DNA of 64,000 bases, from the NCBI GenBank assembly GCA_041288095.1, contig JBGGMJ010000188.1, positions 73,288-137,287 of the forward strand. The letters are read 5' to 3'. Numbering within the stretch: the stretch's first letter is position 1; the number at the start of each line of letters is the position of its first letter. Shown piece after piece: positions 10,218 through 19,742 of the stretch. Under the pieces are notes generated by a model. It did not search any database and was not told where the DNA came from. It saw only the letters and a program-made list of their open reading frames with translations. Source of the DNA: Myxococcota bacterium (GTDB taxonomy: Bacteria; Myxococcota; XYA12-FULL-58-9; JALHOP01). The position numbers were made by a program, and so were the translations under genes.

Positions 10218-10895
10218 ATGCAGCCCAACCCTTTGGTAGAGCCGACGTTTCTCGAGACCGTGAGTCATCACTGGAACGGCGGCGGCCCGTGGATGTACCC
10301 GATCGCCGTCGCCAGCATCTTCGCGATCGCTATCGCGTTCGAGCGTTTCGTGTACCTGTTCATGCAGGCACGGACCGACAAGGACAAGCTGGTGGGCGAG
10401 CTGCAGAAGTACGTGCTCGCCGGTGACCTGCGCGCCGCGACTTCGTTCGTCGCCGGCCAGAAAGCGACACCACTCGCTAACGTCATCAAGGCGGGCCTCG
10501 TCAAAGTGAAGAGCTCCGATGCCATCGTCCAGTCGGCCCTCGACGAAGCGACGTTGCGCGAGTTGCCGAAGCTCGAGCGGCGCACCGGCTATCTCTCCGT
10601 CATCGGCAACATCGCGACCCTGCTCGGCCTCCTCGGTACCATCGGCGGCCTCATTCAATGCTTCGCCGCGGTCTCCAAGCCCGGCGCCGATCCGACGCTC
10701 AAGTCGGCGGTGCTCGCGAACGGTATCGCCGAGGCGATGAACTGCACTGCTTTCGGTTTGATCGTCGCAATCCCGTCGCTCGTGGCCTTCGCGATCTTGA
10801 ACGGCCGCACGCAGCAGATCGTCGACGAGCTCCACGAGACCGCGGTCTCGGTGATGAACCTCGTCGTCAACAACCGCGACAAGCTGCGTAACTAG
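10218..10895 (+). CDS. MotA/TolQ/ExbB proton channel subunit (AglR-like)
   Basis: GGPWMYPI TM1; ATLLGLLGTIGGLI; GIAEAMNCTAFGL. Confidence 0.9.
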   Translation: MQPNPLVEPTFLETVSHHWNGGGPWMYPIAVASIFAIAIAFERFVYLFMQARTDKDKLVGELQKYVLAGDLRAATSFVAGQKATPLANVIKAGLVKVKSSDAIVQSALDEATLRELPKLERRTGYLSVIGNIATLLGLLGTIGGLIQCFAAVSKPGADPTLKSAVLANGIAEAMNCTAFGLIVAIPSLVAFAILNGRTQQIVDELHETAVSVMNLVVNNRDKLRN

Positions 10896-10898
10896 CTC

Positions 10899-11441
10899 TT
10901 GGCGGGAATGGCACCAGAGCAGTCGGGGGGCAGGCGCCCGGTCGATGCCGAGATCAACCTCGTGCCGTTCATCGATCTGCTCTGTTCGCTCATCGCCTTT
11001 CTCTTGCTGACCGCCGTTTGGGCGCAGATCGCTTCGCTCGAGCTCCAGCAGACGTCGACCTCTGACTCCATCGCGGACGAGCGCGAGACGCTGGGGCTGC
11101 GCGTCTTCGTCATGGAGAAGGGCTTCAAGGTAGTCGGCAAGGACACCGAGGTGGATCTGCCGTGCTTGAAAGAGCCCTGTGTCGAACGCACGACTCCAGG
11201 CGCCACCGACTTGCGCATCGCCGGTCGTGAATCGCCGCGCGCGCAGAGCGGCATGGTGTCGAACTACGACTTCGGCCGCCTCGCCAGCCTCATCGCGGAG
11301 AAGCGTGCGCTCTTTCCCAACGACCGCGAAGTCTACATCGACGTCGCCGACGTCGTGCCGTACGACGACATGATTCGCACCATGGATACGTGCATGGCGG
11401 CGGGCCTGACCAGCATCGCGCTCGGAGGCTCCGCGCAATAA
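10899..11441 (+). CDS. ExbD/TolR subunit 1 (AglQ/AglS-like)
   Basis: EINLVPFIDLL..LLLTAVW; VPYDDMIRTMD; start TTG 10899 or ATG 10908. Confidence 0.88.
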   Translation: MAGMAPEQSGGRRPVDAEINLVPFIDLLCSLIAFLLLTAVWAQIASLELQQTSTSDSIADERETLGLRVFVMEKGFKVVGKDTEVDLPCLKEPCVERTTPGATDLRIAGRESPRAQSGMVSNYDFGRLASLIAEKRALFPNDREVYIDVADVVPYDDMIRTMDTCMAAGLTSIALGGSAQ

Positions 11442-12013
11442 TGCCGATCATCGTCCCAGGCCGTCGCATCGGCACCGCGTTCGCTTCGCACACCGTCGTC
11501 GCCAGGCGGCTCGCCAAGCGCCGGCGCAGCGTCTACGCGACGCTGCTCTTGACGTCGCTGGTCGACATGTTCGTCATCTTGGTCCTCTATTTGATTCAGC
11601 AGTTCAACGCGACCGGTCAGATCCTGTTCATCGACCCGGACATCAAGCTGCCGAAGGCGCAGACCGCGAGCAGCCTGGTCGGCGCGCCGCCGGTCGTCAC
11701 CATCGGGCAGTCGTCGATCACCGTGCAGGGAAAAGCCGTGGAAGACGCGACCATCCTCGCGAAGAACGGGGTGTGGGAAGCGCCGAAGCTCGAGCAAGCG
11801 CTGCTCGAGCTGCGCACGTCCGCGAAAGCGGTCCGTGACGTGAGCGCCGCCGCGCTTGCCGTGCCGGCGGACGAGACCCTCGTGGTGCAGGCGGACCTCG
11901 GTGTCCCCTACATGCTGGTGAAGAAAGTCATCTTCACGGCGCAGAAGGCCGGCTTCACACGTGTCGATTTCGCGGTGCAGCAGGCGGCGCGCACTCCGCC
12001 CGTTACTCGATGA
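11441..12013 (+). CDS. ExbD/TolR subunit 2 (AglQ/AglS-like)
   Basis: TAATG overlap; MPIIVPGRR..LTSLVDMFVILVLYL..DIKLPKA..QADLGVPYMLVKKVIFT. Confidence 0.88.
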   Translation: MPIIVPGRRIGTAFASHTVVARRLAKRRRSVYATLLLTSLVDMFVILVLYLIQQFNATGQILFIDPDIKLPKAQTASSLVGAPPVVTIGQSSITVQGKAVEDATILAKNGVWEAPKLEQALLELRTSAKAVRDVSAAALAVPADETLVVQADLGVPYMLVKKVIFTAQKAGFTRVDFAVQQAARTPPVTR

Positions 12014-12272
12014 CGAAGCCGACGTTGTCGATGAAGCACCAGCTCCAGGTCTCACCCGGCTCGAGCGAGCTGATGATGGGGTGCTTGGTGGCCTTCCAGT
12101 GCTTGGTGGCGTGCTTGCTGGGTGAATCGTCGCAGCAGCCGACGTGACCGCAAGAGCGGCACAGGCGCAGATGCACCCACTGTCCGCCCGACGCCAGACA
12201 CTCCTCGCAGCCCTTGGGGCCGCGTGGCGCATCGACGGTCATTTGCGCCAGGTGCGAGCACTCGTCGCTCAT
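12003..12272 (-). CDS. UBP-type zinc finger protein
   Basis: CSH..CEECL..WVHLRLCRSCGHVGCCDDSPSKHATKH..PGETWSWCF; ATGA overlap with the carF stop. Confidence 0.9.
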   Translation of the reverse strand: MSDECSHLAQMTVDAPRGPKGCEECLASGGQWVHLRLCRSCGHVGCCDDSPSKHATKHWKATKHPIISSLEPGETWSWCFIDNVGFVIE

Positions 12273-13036
12273 ACGCTCTTTGCCGCCTTGCGCGCGAGCG
12301 CGGCCTCGATGTGCTCGTGTTGCGGGCGCACGCCGGAGATGCGCGACACCACCCACTCGATCATCGGGAAGAGCCTGAGCCACTGCATGGGCCGGTCCAT
12401 CCAGCCATTGGTGATGCAGTAGTGGCGGGCATGGGGCGCCACGTGGTGCACGTCGTGGTGCTTCGGCGACAAGAGTAGGCCGGTCCGCTGGAGCAGTCTG
12501 ACCAAGCGCGGCGGCGCGTCTGCGTGCGCCCAGGCGTGGAACTGATTGGTGCCGAACACCCAGAGCGCCACGCCGAGCGCGAAGACGCTGGTGAACAACC
12601 CAGTCTCGGGCTCCATGACGTCGCTCGCGTAGCCCGCCGCGAAGAACACCGGGATGCTGACGATGCAATTGTTGCCGTTCAGCTCGACGAAGTCGTGACG
12701 CGTGATGTCCTTCGGATCGACGTGGTGGTTGCGGAACGGTTGAATGAAGCCCGGCCCGAGGATGGGCCAGCTGGGGTCGCCCCAGTTGTCGGCAGCCCAG
12801 TGCACGAGCCCCGAGAACATGTCGGCGGCGAGCAGCGCCGCGAGGATGCCTCCGCCGAGCAACCAGCCCCATTGCGCCGGGTGGTGGACGCTGGCGTTCG
12901 CGTAGATGCGGTACGAGGTCCAAGCCGCGAGGAGCATGAAGGCGGCGATGCCGGCGATCTCGAGGCTACGCTGCAGACGGCTGTATCCGTAGCTGCGTTG
13001 CTGCTCGGGTGATGCGCCGTGAGGTGAAGCGGACAT
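12269..13036 (-). CDS. carF: CarF/TMEM189 (Kua) plasmanylethanolamine desaturase
   Basis: ADMFSGLVHWAADNWG, PFRNHHVDP, TNQFHAWAH, HHDVHH, YCITNGW histidine boxes. Confidence 0.92.
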   Translation of the reverse strand: MSASPHGASPEQQRSYGYSRLQRSLEIAGIAAFMLLAAWTSYRIYANASVHHPAQWGWLLGGGILAALLAADMFSGLVHWAADNWGDPSWPILGPGFIQPFRNHHVDPKDITRHDFVELNGNNCIVSIPVFFAAGYASDVMEPETGLFTSVFALGVALWVFGTNQFHAWAHADAPPRLVRLLQRTGLLLSPKHHDVHHVAPHARHYCITNGWMDRPMQWLRLFPMIEWVVSRISGVRPQHEHIEAALARKAAKSV

Positions 13037-13170
13037 CGCGAGAAAGTACCTTTCGCGCCGCTTTAAAGCGTTCGGAAGACGTTAGTGTCCACCAAATTCG
13101 GCGCCTGCGCATGAGCAAATCATCAGACCTCCGCCATGGACAAGGGTCTAGCGCGACTTACCCTGCCTGA

Positions 13171-15510
13171 GTGTCGCCGCGCGCTACCTACCGCCTCCAG
13201 CTCGGCCCTCACCTCGGCTTCGCCCAGGCCGCCGAGCTTGCGCCTTACCTCGCGGATCTCGGCGTCAGCCACGTTTACCTCTCGCCCCATCTCCAGGCAG
13301 CCGCCGGCAGCACCCACGGCTACGACGTCGTCGACCACGCCAGGGTGAGCGCTGAGCTGGGCGGCGAGGTCGCGCACGAGCGCATGCTCACCGCGTTCGC
13401 AAAGCACGGACTCTCGGTGGTCATCGACGTCGTGCCCAACCACATGTCCATCGCCAAAGCGTCGGCGAACGCGTGGTGGTGGGACGTGCTCGAGAACGGC
13501 CGCGAAAGCCGCTGGGCGGAGTTTTTCGACGTCGACTGGGATCATCCCGAGGAGCGGCTGCGCAATCGCATCCTCTTGCCGGTGTTGGGTGATCATTATG
13601 GCCGGGTGCTCGAGGCGGGGGACATCGAGCTTGTCCGCGAAGACGGACGGGCCGTCGCGCGGGTCCACGAGCACGTCTTTCCACTTAGCCCGCGCTCCGT
13701 CGCCGAGCTGCCGCAAGACCTCACGCCCATCAACGCCGACAAGGAGCGCTTGCACGCCGTGCTCGAGCAGCAGAGCTATCGGCTCGCTTACTGGCGCAGC
13801 GCGCGCTACGACCTGGACTACCGCCGCTTCTTCGACGTCAACGAGCTCGTCGGCCTGCGGATGGATCGCCCTTCCGTGTTCGACGCGACCCACGCGCTGG
13901 TGTTGCGCTGGGTCGACGAAGGGCTCGTGACCGGCCTGCGCATCGATCATCCCGATGGGCTCATCGACCCGGTCGGGTATCTCGAGCGCCTGCGCGCCAA
14001 GGCACCGCACTGCTGGATCGTGGTCGAGAAGATCCTCGCGCGTGACGAGTCATTGCCCCGCACCTGGCCGGTTCAGGGCACCACGGGCTACGACTTCGCG
14101 AACCGCGTTTGCGGCCTCTGGATCGACTCGACGTCCGCTGGAGCGTTCGATGCCTTGTACGGCGAGCTTACCGGCGCCGCGGACACGAGCTTCGCGGCGG
14201 TCGCGACGACGAGAAAACGCCGCATCATGCGGGACGTGCTGGGGGCCGACGTGCGGCGGGTGGTCGAGCTCTTCATGCGGGAGTGCGAGAAGAATTTGGC
14301 CTACCGTGACACGTCGCGCGAGGAGCTGCGGCGCGCCGTCGAGAACCTCATGGTGGCGTTGCCGGTCTACCGCACCTACGTGCGGGAGGGAGTACCCCCT
14401 ACCGAGAGCGAGCGCGCGCTGATCGGCGCCATGGTCGTCAAGGCCAAGGCGCAGTGCTCCGATTGCGATGCGCGGCTTTTCGATTTTCTCGAGAGCCTGT
14501 TGGCGACCCCCGTCGAGGCGACTCTCCGGTTCCAGCAAGCATCGGGACCCGTGACCGCGAAGGGGGTCGAGGACACCGCGTTCTTCGACCACCACCGCTT
14601 CATCGCGCTCAATGACGTCGGCAACGATCCCGACGTCTTCGGCACGAGCACCGCGGACTTCCACGCCCACAACCTCGCAAAGCTCAGGGACGCGCCGCAG
14701 TCGATGCTCACGACCTCGACCCACGACAGCAAGCGCTCGGAGGACGTGCGGGCGCGCCTCGCGGTGCTGAGCGAGATCCCCCACGAGTGGCGTGCCTGGG
14801 TGATGCGCGTGCGCGAGCTCACTGGCCGCTACCGGGTCGACGAGGTCGACGCCGGCACCGAGTACCACCTCTATCAAACCCTCGTTGGTGCCTGGCCCAT
14901 CGGGGCCGATCGTGTCGCTACGTATCTCGAAAAGGCGATGCGCGAGGCCAAGGACAAGACGTCGTGGCTCGCGGTCAACGAGCGTTACGAGCACGCGGTG
15001 CAAGGGTTTGCCAAGCGCCTGCTGGCCGACGACCAGGTGAAGGGCGAGCTCGATGGTCTACGCGAGAGGATTAGCGGCGCCGGTGAGCACAACGCCTTGG
15101 CGCAAAAGCTCCTGACGCTGACGTCGCCGGGGGTACCCGACATCTATCAGGGTAGCGAGCGCTGGTACTTCGCGCTGACCGATCCCGACAACCGGCGGAC
15201 GGTCGATTACAGCGAGCCGGAGGACGCCAAGACCGCCTTGGTGCGCAAGGCGCTCGCTGTACGTCGCGAGCATCCGCATTGCTTCGACGAGCGCGGCGGT
15301 TACGAGCCGATGTTCGCGGACCAACCGCGCATCGTCGCCTATCGCCGCGGCGAGCGCGTGTTGGTCATCGCGCAGCGCCTCCGGCTGACGCCACTCGAGG
15401 TCGAGCTCGTGCTCCCCGAGGGGACGTGGACCGACGCGCTGAGCGGCGAGCGTTACAGCGGACAACTACGCTGGCGCTCGAACGGCGCCATGCTGCTCGT
15501 CAGAGTCTAA
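13171..15510 (+). CDS. treY: Malto-oligosyltrehalose synthase (GH13)
   Basis: PRATYRLQ, GSTHGYDVVDH, DVVPNHM, GLRIDHPDGL, VVEKIL, AKGVEDTAF, STHDSKRSEDVRAR, LTDPDNRR. Confidence 0.95.
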   Translation: MSPRATYRLQLGPHLGFAQAAELAPYLADLGVSHVYLSPHLQAAAGSTHGYDVVDHARVSAELGGEVAHERMLTAFAKHGLSVVIDVVPNHMSIAKASANAWWWDVLENGRESRWAEFFDVDWDHPEERLRNRILLPVLGDHYGRVLEAGDIELVREDGRAVARVHEHVFPLSPRSVAELPQDLTPINADKERLHAVLEQQSYRLAYWRSARYDLDYRRFFDVNELVGLRMDRPSVFDATHALVLRWVDEGLVTGLRIDHPDGLIDPVGYLERLRAKAPHCWIVVEKILARDESLPRTWPVQGTTGYDFANRVCGLWIDSTSAGAFDALYGELTGAADTSFAAVATTRKRRIMRDVLGADVRRVVELFMRECEKNLAYRDTSREELRRAVENLMVALPVYRTYVREGVPPTESERALIGAMVVKAKAQCSDCDARLFDFLESLLATPVEATLRFQQASGPVTAKGVEDTAFFDHHRFIALNDVGNDPDVFGTSTADFHAHNLAKLRDAPQSMLTTSTHDSKRSEDVRARLAVLSEIPHEWRAWVMRVRELTGRYRVDEVDAGTEYHLYQTLVGAWPIGADRVATYLEKAMREAKDKTSWLAVNERYEHAVQGFAKRLLADDQVKGELDGLRERISGAGEHNALAQKLLTLTSPGVPDIYQGSERWYFALTDPDNRRTVDYSEPEDAKTALVRKALAVRREHPHCFDERGGYEPMFADQPRIVAYRRGERVLVIAQRLRLTPLEVELVLPEGTWTDALSGERYSGQLRWRSNGAMLLVRV

Positions 15511-16892
15511 GACGGGCGGCCATTGTTGGTGTGCGTCCAAGTCGTCGCCGCGGGCGTGTCCTTGACCCGGTTCTGCGCCGGGCGCCGCTCGCTTTCGCCC
15601 GACCACGGTTGGCTAATGATGCGCGAGCCGCGTGCGTTGCGCAGATAGACCCAAGCCCACTCCATGATGACCAGGAATCGGGTACGGAAGCCGACGAGGA
15701 AAAAGATGTGCACGACCAGCCAGGCTAGCCACGCCATGAGTCCGCTCCAGCGGAGACCCTTGAACTGCATGACCGCGCGGGACCTGCCCACGGTCGCCAT
15801 GATGCCCTTGTCGACGTAGTGAAAGGGCCGGCGCGCCGGGCGCTGCCAGCTCGTGTTTTTGTCCTCGATATCGTCGTTACGGCGAGCGCGCGCTTCGCGG
15901 TCGATGAGCTTGGCGACGTGCCGGCCTTGCTGGATGGCGACCGGCGCGACTCCCGGCAACGCCTGCTGCCCGCCCTCGGGCACGAAAGCCGCGATGTCGC
16001 CGATCGCGAAGACCTCGGGATGCTCGGGGAGGGAGCAGTCGGGTCCGACGATGAGGCGCTGCGTGTTGTCGCGTTTCGCGGCGATGCGCGTCGCGAGCGG
16101 CACGGGCGCGACACCACTCGTCCACGCGACCGTGCCCGCCGGCACTTGCTTGCCGTCGATGATCACACCGTTGGCGTCGATGGCGCCGACCGAGCGGCCG
16201 AGCTGCAGCTCCACGCCAATCTCCGCGAGCTGACGCTGGGCGGCCCGCGAGAGCCGTTCGTCGAAGGCGGTGAGCACGCGCGGCGATCGCTCGACGAGCA
16301 CCACCCGCACCATGTCGGGCTTGAGCGAGCGGAAGTCGCGCAGCAACACGCGCCGTGACAGCTCGCTGATGGCGCCGGCGAGCTCCACACCCGTCGGGCC
16401 ACCGCCAATGATCACCGAGGTGAGCAGCACCCGCCGCTTCTGCGCGTCCTCCGTGGTCTCGGCGAGCTCGAAATTGCGCAGGATGTGCTCGCGCAAGGCG
16501 ATGGCGTCGTCCGCCGTCTTGAGGCCGAAGGAGTGGGCGGCCCAGGTATCGTGTCCGTAGTAGTTGGTGCGCGCGCCGGCAGCGAGCACCAGGTAGTCGT
16601 AGGGCAGCACCGCGCCGTTCGCGACTTTGACGTGGCGCGTTTCGAGGTCGACCCCGGTCACTTCACCGTAGAGGGTCCGGACGTTGGGCTGGCTGTCGAA
16701 CACCGCGCGGATGGGGACGGCGATCTCCGGCAACGACAGGCCCGCTGTCGCCACCTGGTAGAGCAACGGTTGGAAGAGGTGATGGTTCGTCTGATCGATG
16801 AGGGTGACGTCGACGGGCGCGCGCTTGAGGCCGCGGGCGAGGTTGAGGCCGCCGAAGCCGCCACCGACGACGATGACACGTGGACGACCCAT
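15507..16892 (-). CDS. ndh: Type II NADH dehydrogenase / pyridine nucleotide-disulphide oxidoreductase
   Basis: GGGFGG, FQPLLYQVAT, GGGPTGVELAG, FAIGD, APVAIQQG, DKGIMATVGR. Confidence 0.9.
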   Translation of the reverse strand: MGRPRVIVVGGGFGGLNLARGLKRAPVDVTLIDQTNHHLFQPLLYQVATAGLSLPEIAVPIRAVFDSQPNVRTLYGEVTGVDLETRHVKVANGAVLPYDYLVLAAGARTNYYGHDTWAAHSFGLKTADDAIALREHILRNFELAETTEDAQKRRVLLTSVIIGGGPTGVELAGAISELSRRVLLRDFRSLKPDMVRVVLVERSPRVLTAFDERLSRAAQRQLAEIGVELQLGRSVGAIDANGVIIDGKQVPAGTVAWTSGVAPVPLATRIAAKRDNTQRLIVGPDCSLPEHPEVFAIGDIAAFVPEGGQQALPGVAPVAIQQGRHVAKLIDREARARRNDDIEDKNTSWQRPARRPFHYVDKGIMATVGRSRAVMQFKGLRWSGLMAWLAWLVVHIFFLVGFRTRFLVIMEWAWVYLRNARGSRIISQPWSGESERRPAQNRVKDTPAATTWTHTNNGRPS

Positions 16893-17110
16893 GGCGATGC
16901 CTCCGGTAGCCGACCGCCGCGTTAGGTTAACACTCGCGTGTCACGACGGTAGCCGACTGGGGCATGACGCCGCCACCACGAAGCCGATTCAGCGTTGGTT
17001 GGGTCAAACAACCCCACGCCGGCCCGGCTTGCCTTGGCTCTTCGGCACGCCGCCGCCGCTAGAAGAGCGGAATCGGTTCGGAGAGGCTGTCCACGGGGTG
17101 TCACGGATGT

Positions 17111-17126
17111 TGGCTCGCCGATTGCT
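17111..17126 (+). promoter_or_regulatory. sigma54 (-24/-12) promoter
   Basis: TGGCTCgccgaTTGCT, exact GG-N10-GC, 57 bp before ATG 17184. Confidence 0.65.
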
Positions 17127-17183
17127 AGGGGCACGATCACGGGAGCTGCACCACAGCCGCTCCTGTCCGAGAAGGCAGTCAAT

Positions 17184-18104
17184 ATGAAGCTCGATACCCT
17201 CCATCCCAAAGCCCGCATCCGTGCCCGACGTGCCTTGCGCGGACGCGTGAACCCCAACGACGTCGTGACGCCGCTGCCTTTCTCCGGCGCGCTAGACGAC
17301 CGTCGCGGTGACGAAATGCTGCATCGTGGGCTCTTTCAGTTGAACCGCCGGCGCTTGAAGCCCGGCATCGTCAGCGAATCGACGCTCGAGTTCCGTGAAG
17401 CGCTGCGTGAGCTCGCCACCATCCAGTACTTCGAGACCCGCATCCTGGAGGGCGCCCGTCACGCCATTGGTCCGCACGCCAGCGAGGCACCGAAAGACGC
17501 CGCGGGTCTACTGACCTGGCTCGATGGCCTGCGCGTCTCGGGGCCGGGCCAGCTCGACCCGATCTGGAGCTGGCTTGCCACCGAAGCCAGCGAGCACGAG
17601 CTCCATTGGTTCGTGTTGCAGGAGCTGATCGCCGAGGTCGCGACCGCCGAGCTCGTGCAGGTCGTACTGGGAAACAAGGCGACCTTGCCGGCGCTCGAGC
17701 GCTTGCGGCACATGGCGATGCTCCTGGGCGTAACCATCCCGCACGTGGCCTCGGATTCCGATGAGGTGAGCTGGGAGTCGATGGGGCGCGCCAACCTCGT
17801 GACCGCTTTAGCGGCCAATCGCCGCTCGCAAGCCAACGCCGTCGGCGCCCTCGCGGCGATGATGATGGTGCAGCCGGCGCGCCTCGCGCTCATCGACTGT
17901 GCCCTCACGCGCTTGGGCTACGAGGTCTATCCGCCGAGCCCACCGGTGGATCGCCAAGCCGTCGCCCGTTTGCTCGACCAACAGCTCGTGCAAGACCGTG
18001 CTTCGGCCGAGCACATTGCCGGCGGTGCTCTCATGTGGATGCGCGCCAGCGTACGCTGCCTCGACGGCTATCGCAGCCGCATGCTCCACGACAACGCCGC
18101 CTAG
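17184..18104 (+). CDS. Degenerate heme-oxygenase-like 'iron-containing redox enzyme' family protein
   Basis: Family landmarks GPGQLDPIWSWLA..WFVLQE, WES..ANL..ALAANRR..AVGAL, IAGGALM..RCLDGYR. Confidence 0.65.
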   Translation: MKLDTLHPKARIRARRALRGRVNPNDVVTPLPFSGALDDRRGDEMLHRGLFQLNRRRLKPGIVSESTLEFREALRELATIQYFETRILEGARHAIGPHASEAPKDAAGLLTWLDGLRVSGPGQLDPIWSWLATEASEHELHWFVLQELIAEVATAELVQVVLGNKATLPALERLRHMAMLLGVTIPHVASDSDEVSWESMGRANLVTALAANRRSQANAVGALAAMMMVQPARLALIDCALTRLGYEVYPPSPPVDRQAVARLLDQQLVQDRASAEHIAGGALMWMRASVRCLDGYRSRMLHDNAA

Positions 18105-19711
18105 AACGCGCGGCGGATGCGGACGGTGGCGCCGGTGGTGTAATCACGCGCCGTCGACACGGCGATCGAAGCGTAGAAGTCGACCTGCAGCGTGTCCATG
18201 ACGAGGAAGTGCAAGCCTGGCCCGAAGGCGTTCACGACCTCGGGCTGCGGCCCGCGGCCGGCGATGACGTGCTCGCGAAACAGCGCCGCTTCGTCGAAGA
18301 TGCTGATCTTGAACATGTCGCGCGTGAGCGAGAAGCGGTACTCGATGCCGGCGGACACGACGCGGTCGAAGTAGAACAGGTCGCTGTAGACGCCGCGGAC
18401 ATACGTGCCGCTCATCGGGATGGCGTCCGCGATGCTGAACGAGCCCTCGATGAGGCCGATGTTGCTCGAGAGCCAGAGCTCGTTCCAGCCGAACTCGAAG
18501 ACCTTTTGGTAGTCGATGTAGAGGGTGCCAAAACCGCCGTCGCTGCCGAGGAAGTAGCGCCCTTCACCGGTGAGGCGATGGACGCGGTCGCGCCGAGCCA
18601 CGATGCGATCGAAGCTGATCTGCACCGCCAAATTCACGAACGGCAGGACGTTGGTGAAGCCATCCACGGGCGTCACGCGGTCCGCGATGTAGAGCTGCGG
18701 CTCCGTGATCTCGTCGAGCGGCACGTTCTCGACGTTCGACAGATTGCGGAACTGGAAGCCGAAGCCGGCGTTGATCTCGGCGTCTTCGGGCTCGACGCTG
18801 ATGCTGAGGCTGCCGTCGAGGCGGTTGAAGAAGTAGCTCTGCACACCCACGTCTTGGCGCTGCCGGCGTAGCAAGTCCTCGCGGATTTCGAAGAGCGGAC
18901 GCACGCTCTGGCCGACGATCGGCGGTGTGTAATAGCGGACGCGGCCGATGGCGCGGTTGGGGCGTAGGTCTGATCCGTTTTCGCGGAGATCGTCGAACCG
19001 CTTGAGCCCGAGCTGTGCGTCGAGATCCCAACGGTCGCGCTCGCCGAGGAGCGATGCGAAGGTATAGCCGACGCCGAAGCGGTAGCCGTTGTTGTCGATG
19101 GCGACGCTGACGCGGGCGCCTTCGGCCTTCTCGGGATCGGTGGACATGTCGATGTGCAGCTCGTAGCGGTCCCCTTGAACCAGGGGCGGCTGGCCGGGGA
19201 CGATCTGCGTGATGTCCACCTGCGGCCCTACGTGTGGCTTCTCCTGCGACGGCACCAGCTCGTAGTCGAACTGACCCTCGGTGGCCGACGGGTAGAAGCT
19301 GCGCAAGACGCGCTCGAGCTGCGGCCGGTTGAATACGTCGCCGGGGAGGCTGATTTGGGCGCGATAGGAGAGAAGCGCCGCGGGCGATTTGCCGCGCAGG
19401 ACGATCTTGGCGAGCCGACCCTCGTCGATGTGGACGTGGATCTTGCCCTCTTCCAACACCTCGGCTTGGACGGTGGCGAGCGCGTAGCCGGCGCCGCGCA
19501 GGAAATCGAGCAGGACGGTCTCGATGTCGCGCGCAGTCTCCTCGTCCGCCGTGCTGTCGGGCGGCACCTTGAGCACCTCGAGATAGACCTCGTCGACCAT
19601 GACCACGTTACCGTCGAGGACGATGAGCCCGTGATCGGCGGCGGCGGCCGAGCGCGCCACGGCGCACGCGACAATGCAGGTCAGGACGGCGGCGCGCCGA
19701 GTCGACAACAT
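18101..19711 (-). CDS. Omp85/BamA-TamA-like outer membrane protein (POTRA-like + beta-barrel)
   Basis: Signal peptide; GYALATV..HVHIDEGRL POTRA-like segment; alternating beta-strands; YVRG; C-terminal Phe. Confidence 0.65.
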   Translation of the reverse strand: MLSTRRAAVLTCIVACAVARSAAAADHGLIVLDGNVVMVDEVYLEVLKVPPDSTADEETARDIETVLLDFLRGAGYALATVQAEVLEEGKIHVHIDEGRLAKIVLRGKSPAALLSYRAQISLPGDVFNRPQLERVLRSFYPSATEGQFDYELVPSQEKPHVGPQVDITQIVPGQPPLVQGDRYELHIDMSTDPEKAEGARVSVAIDNNGYRFGVGYTFASLLGERDRWDLDAQLGLKRFDDLRENGSDLRPNRAIGRVRYYTPPIVGQSVRPLFEIREDLLRRQRQDVGVQSYFFNRLDGSLSISVEPEDAEINAGFGFQFRNLSNVENVPLDEITEPQLYIADRVTPVDGFTNVLPFVNLAVQISFDRIVARRDRVHRLTGEGRYFLGSDGGFGTLYIDYQKVFEFGWNELWLSSNIGLIEGSFSIADAIPMSGTYVRGVYSDLFYFDRVVSAGIEYRFSLTRDMFKISIFDEAALFREHVIAGRGPQPEVVNAFGPGLHFLVMDTLQVDFYASIAVSTARDYTTGATVRIRRAF

Positions 19712-19742
19712 GCGTGCCCAGCCCCCTGCTGACGTCGTGGAT

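Noticed and set aside
12273..12923. 306-aa ORF fusing a long N-terminus to the zf-UBP
   Set aside because: The upstream part is an alternative frame of carF; the real start is ATG 12272
13171..15510. treY without adjacent treZ/glgX as a novelty
   Set aside because: Split trehalose clusters are common; partners may lie elsewhere in the genome
17166..17173. sigma28-like TCCGAGAA before the 17184 gene
   Set aside because: Only a 6/8 match, and a correctly spaced sigma54 promoter explains this gene better
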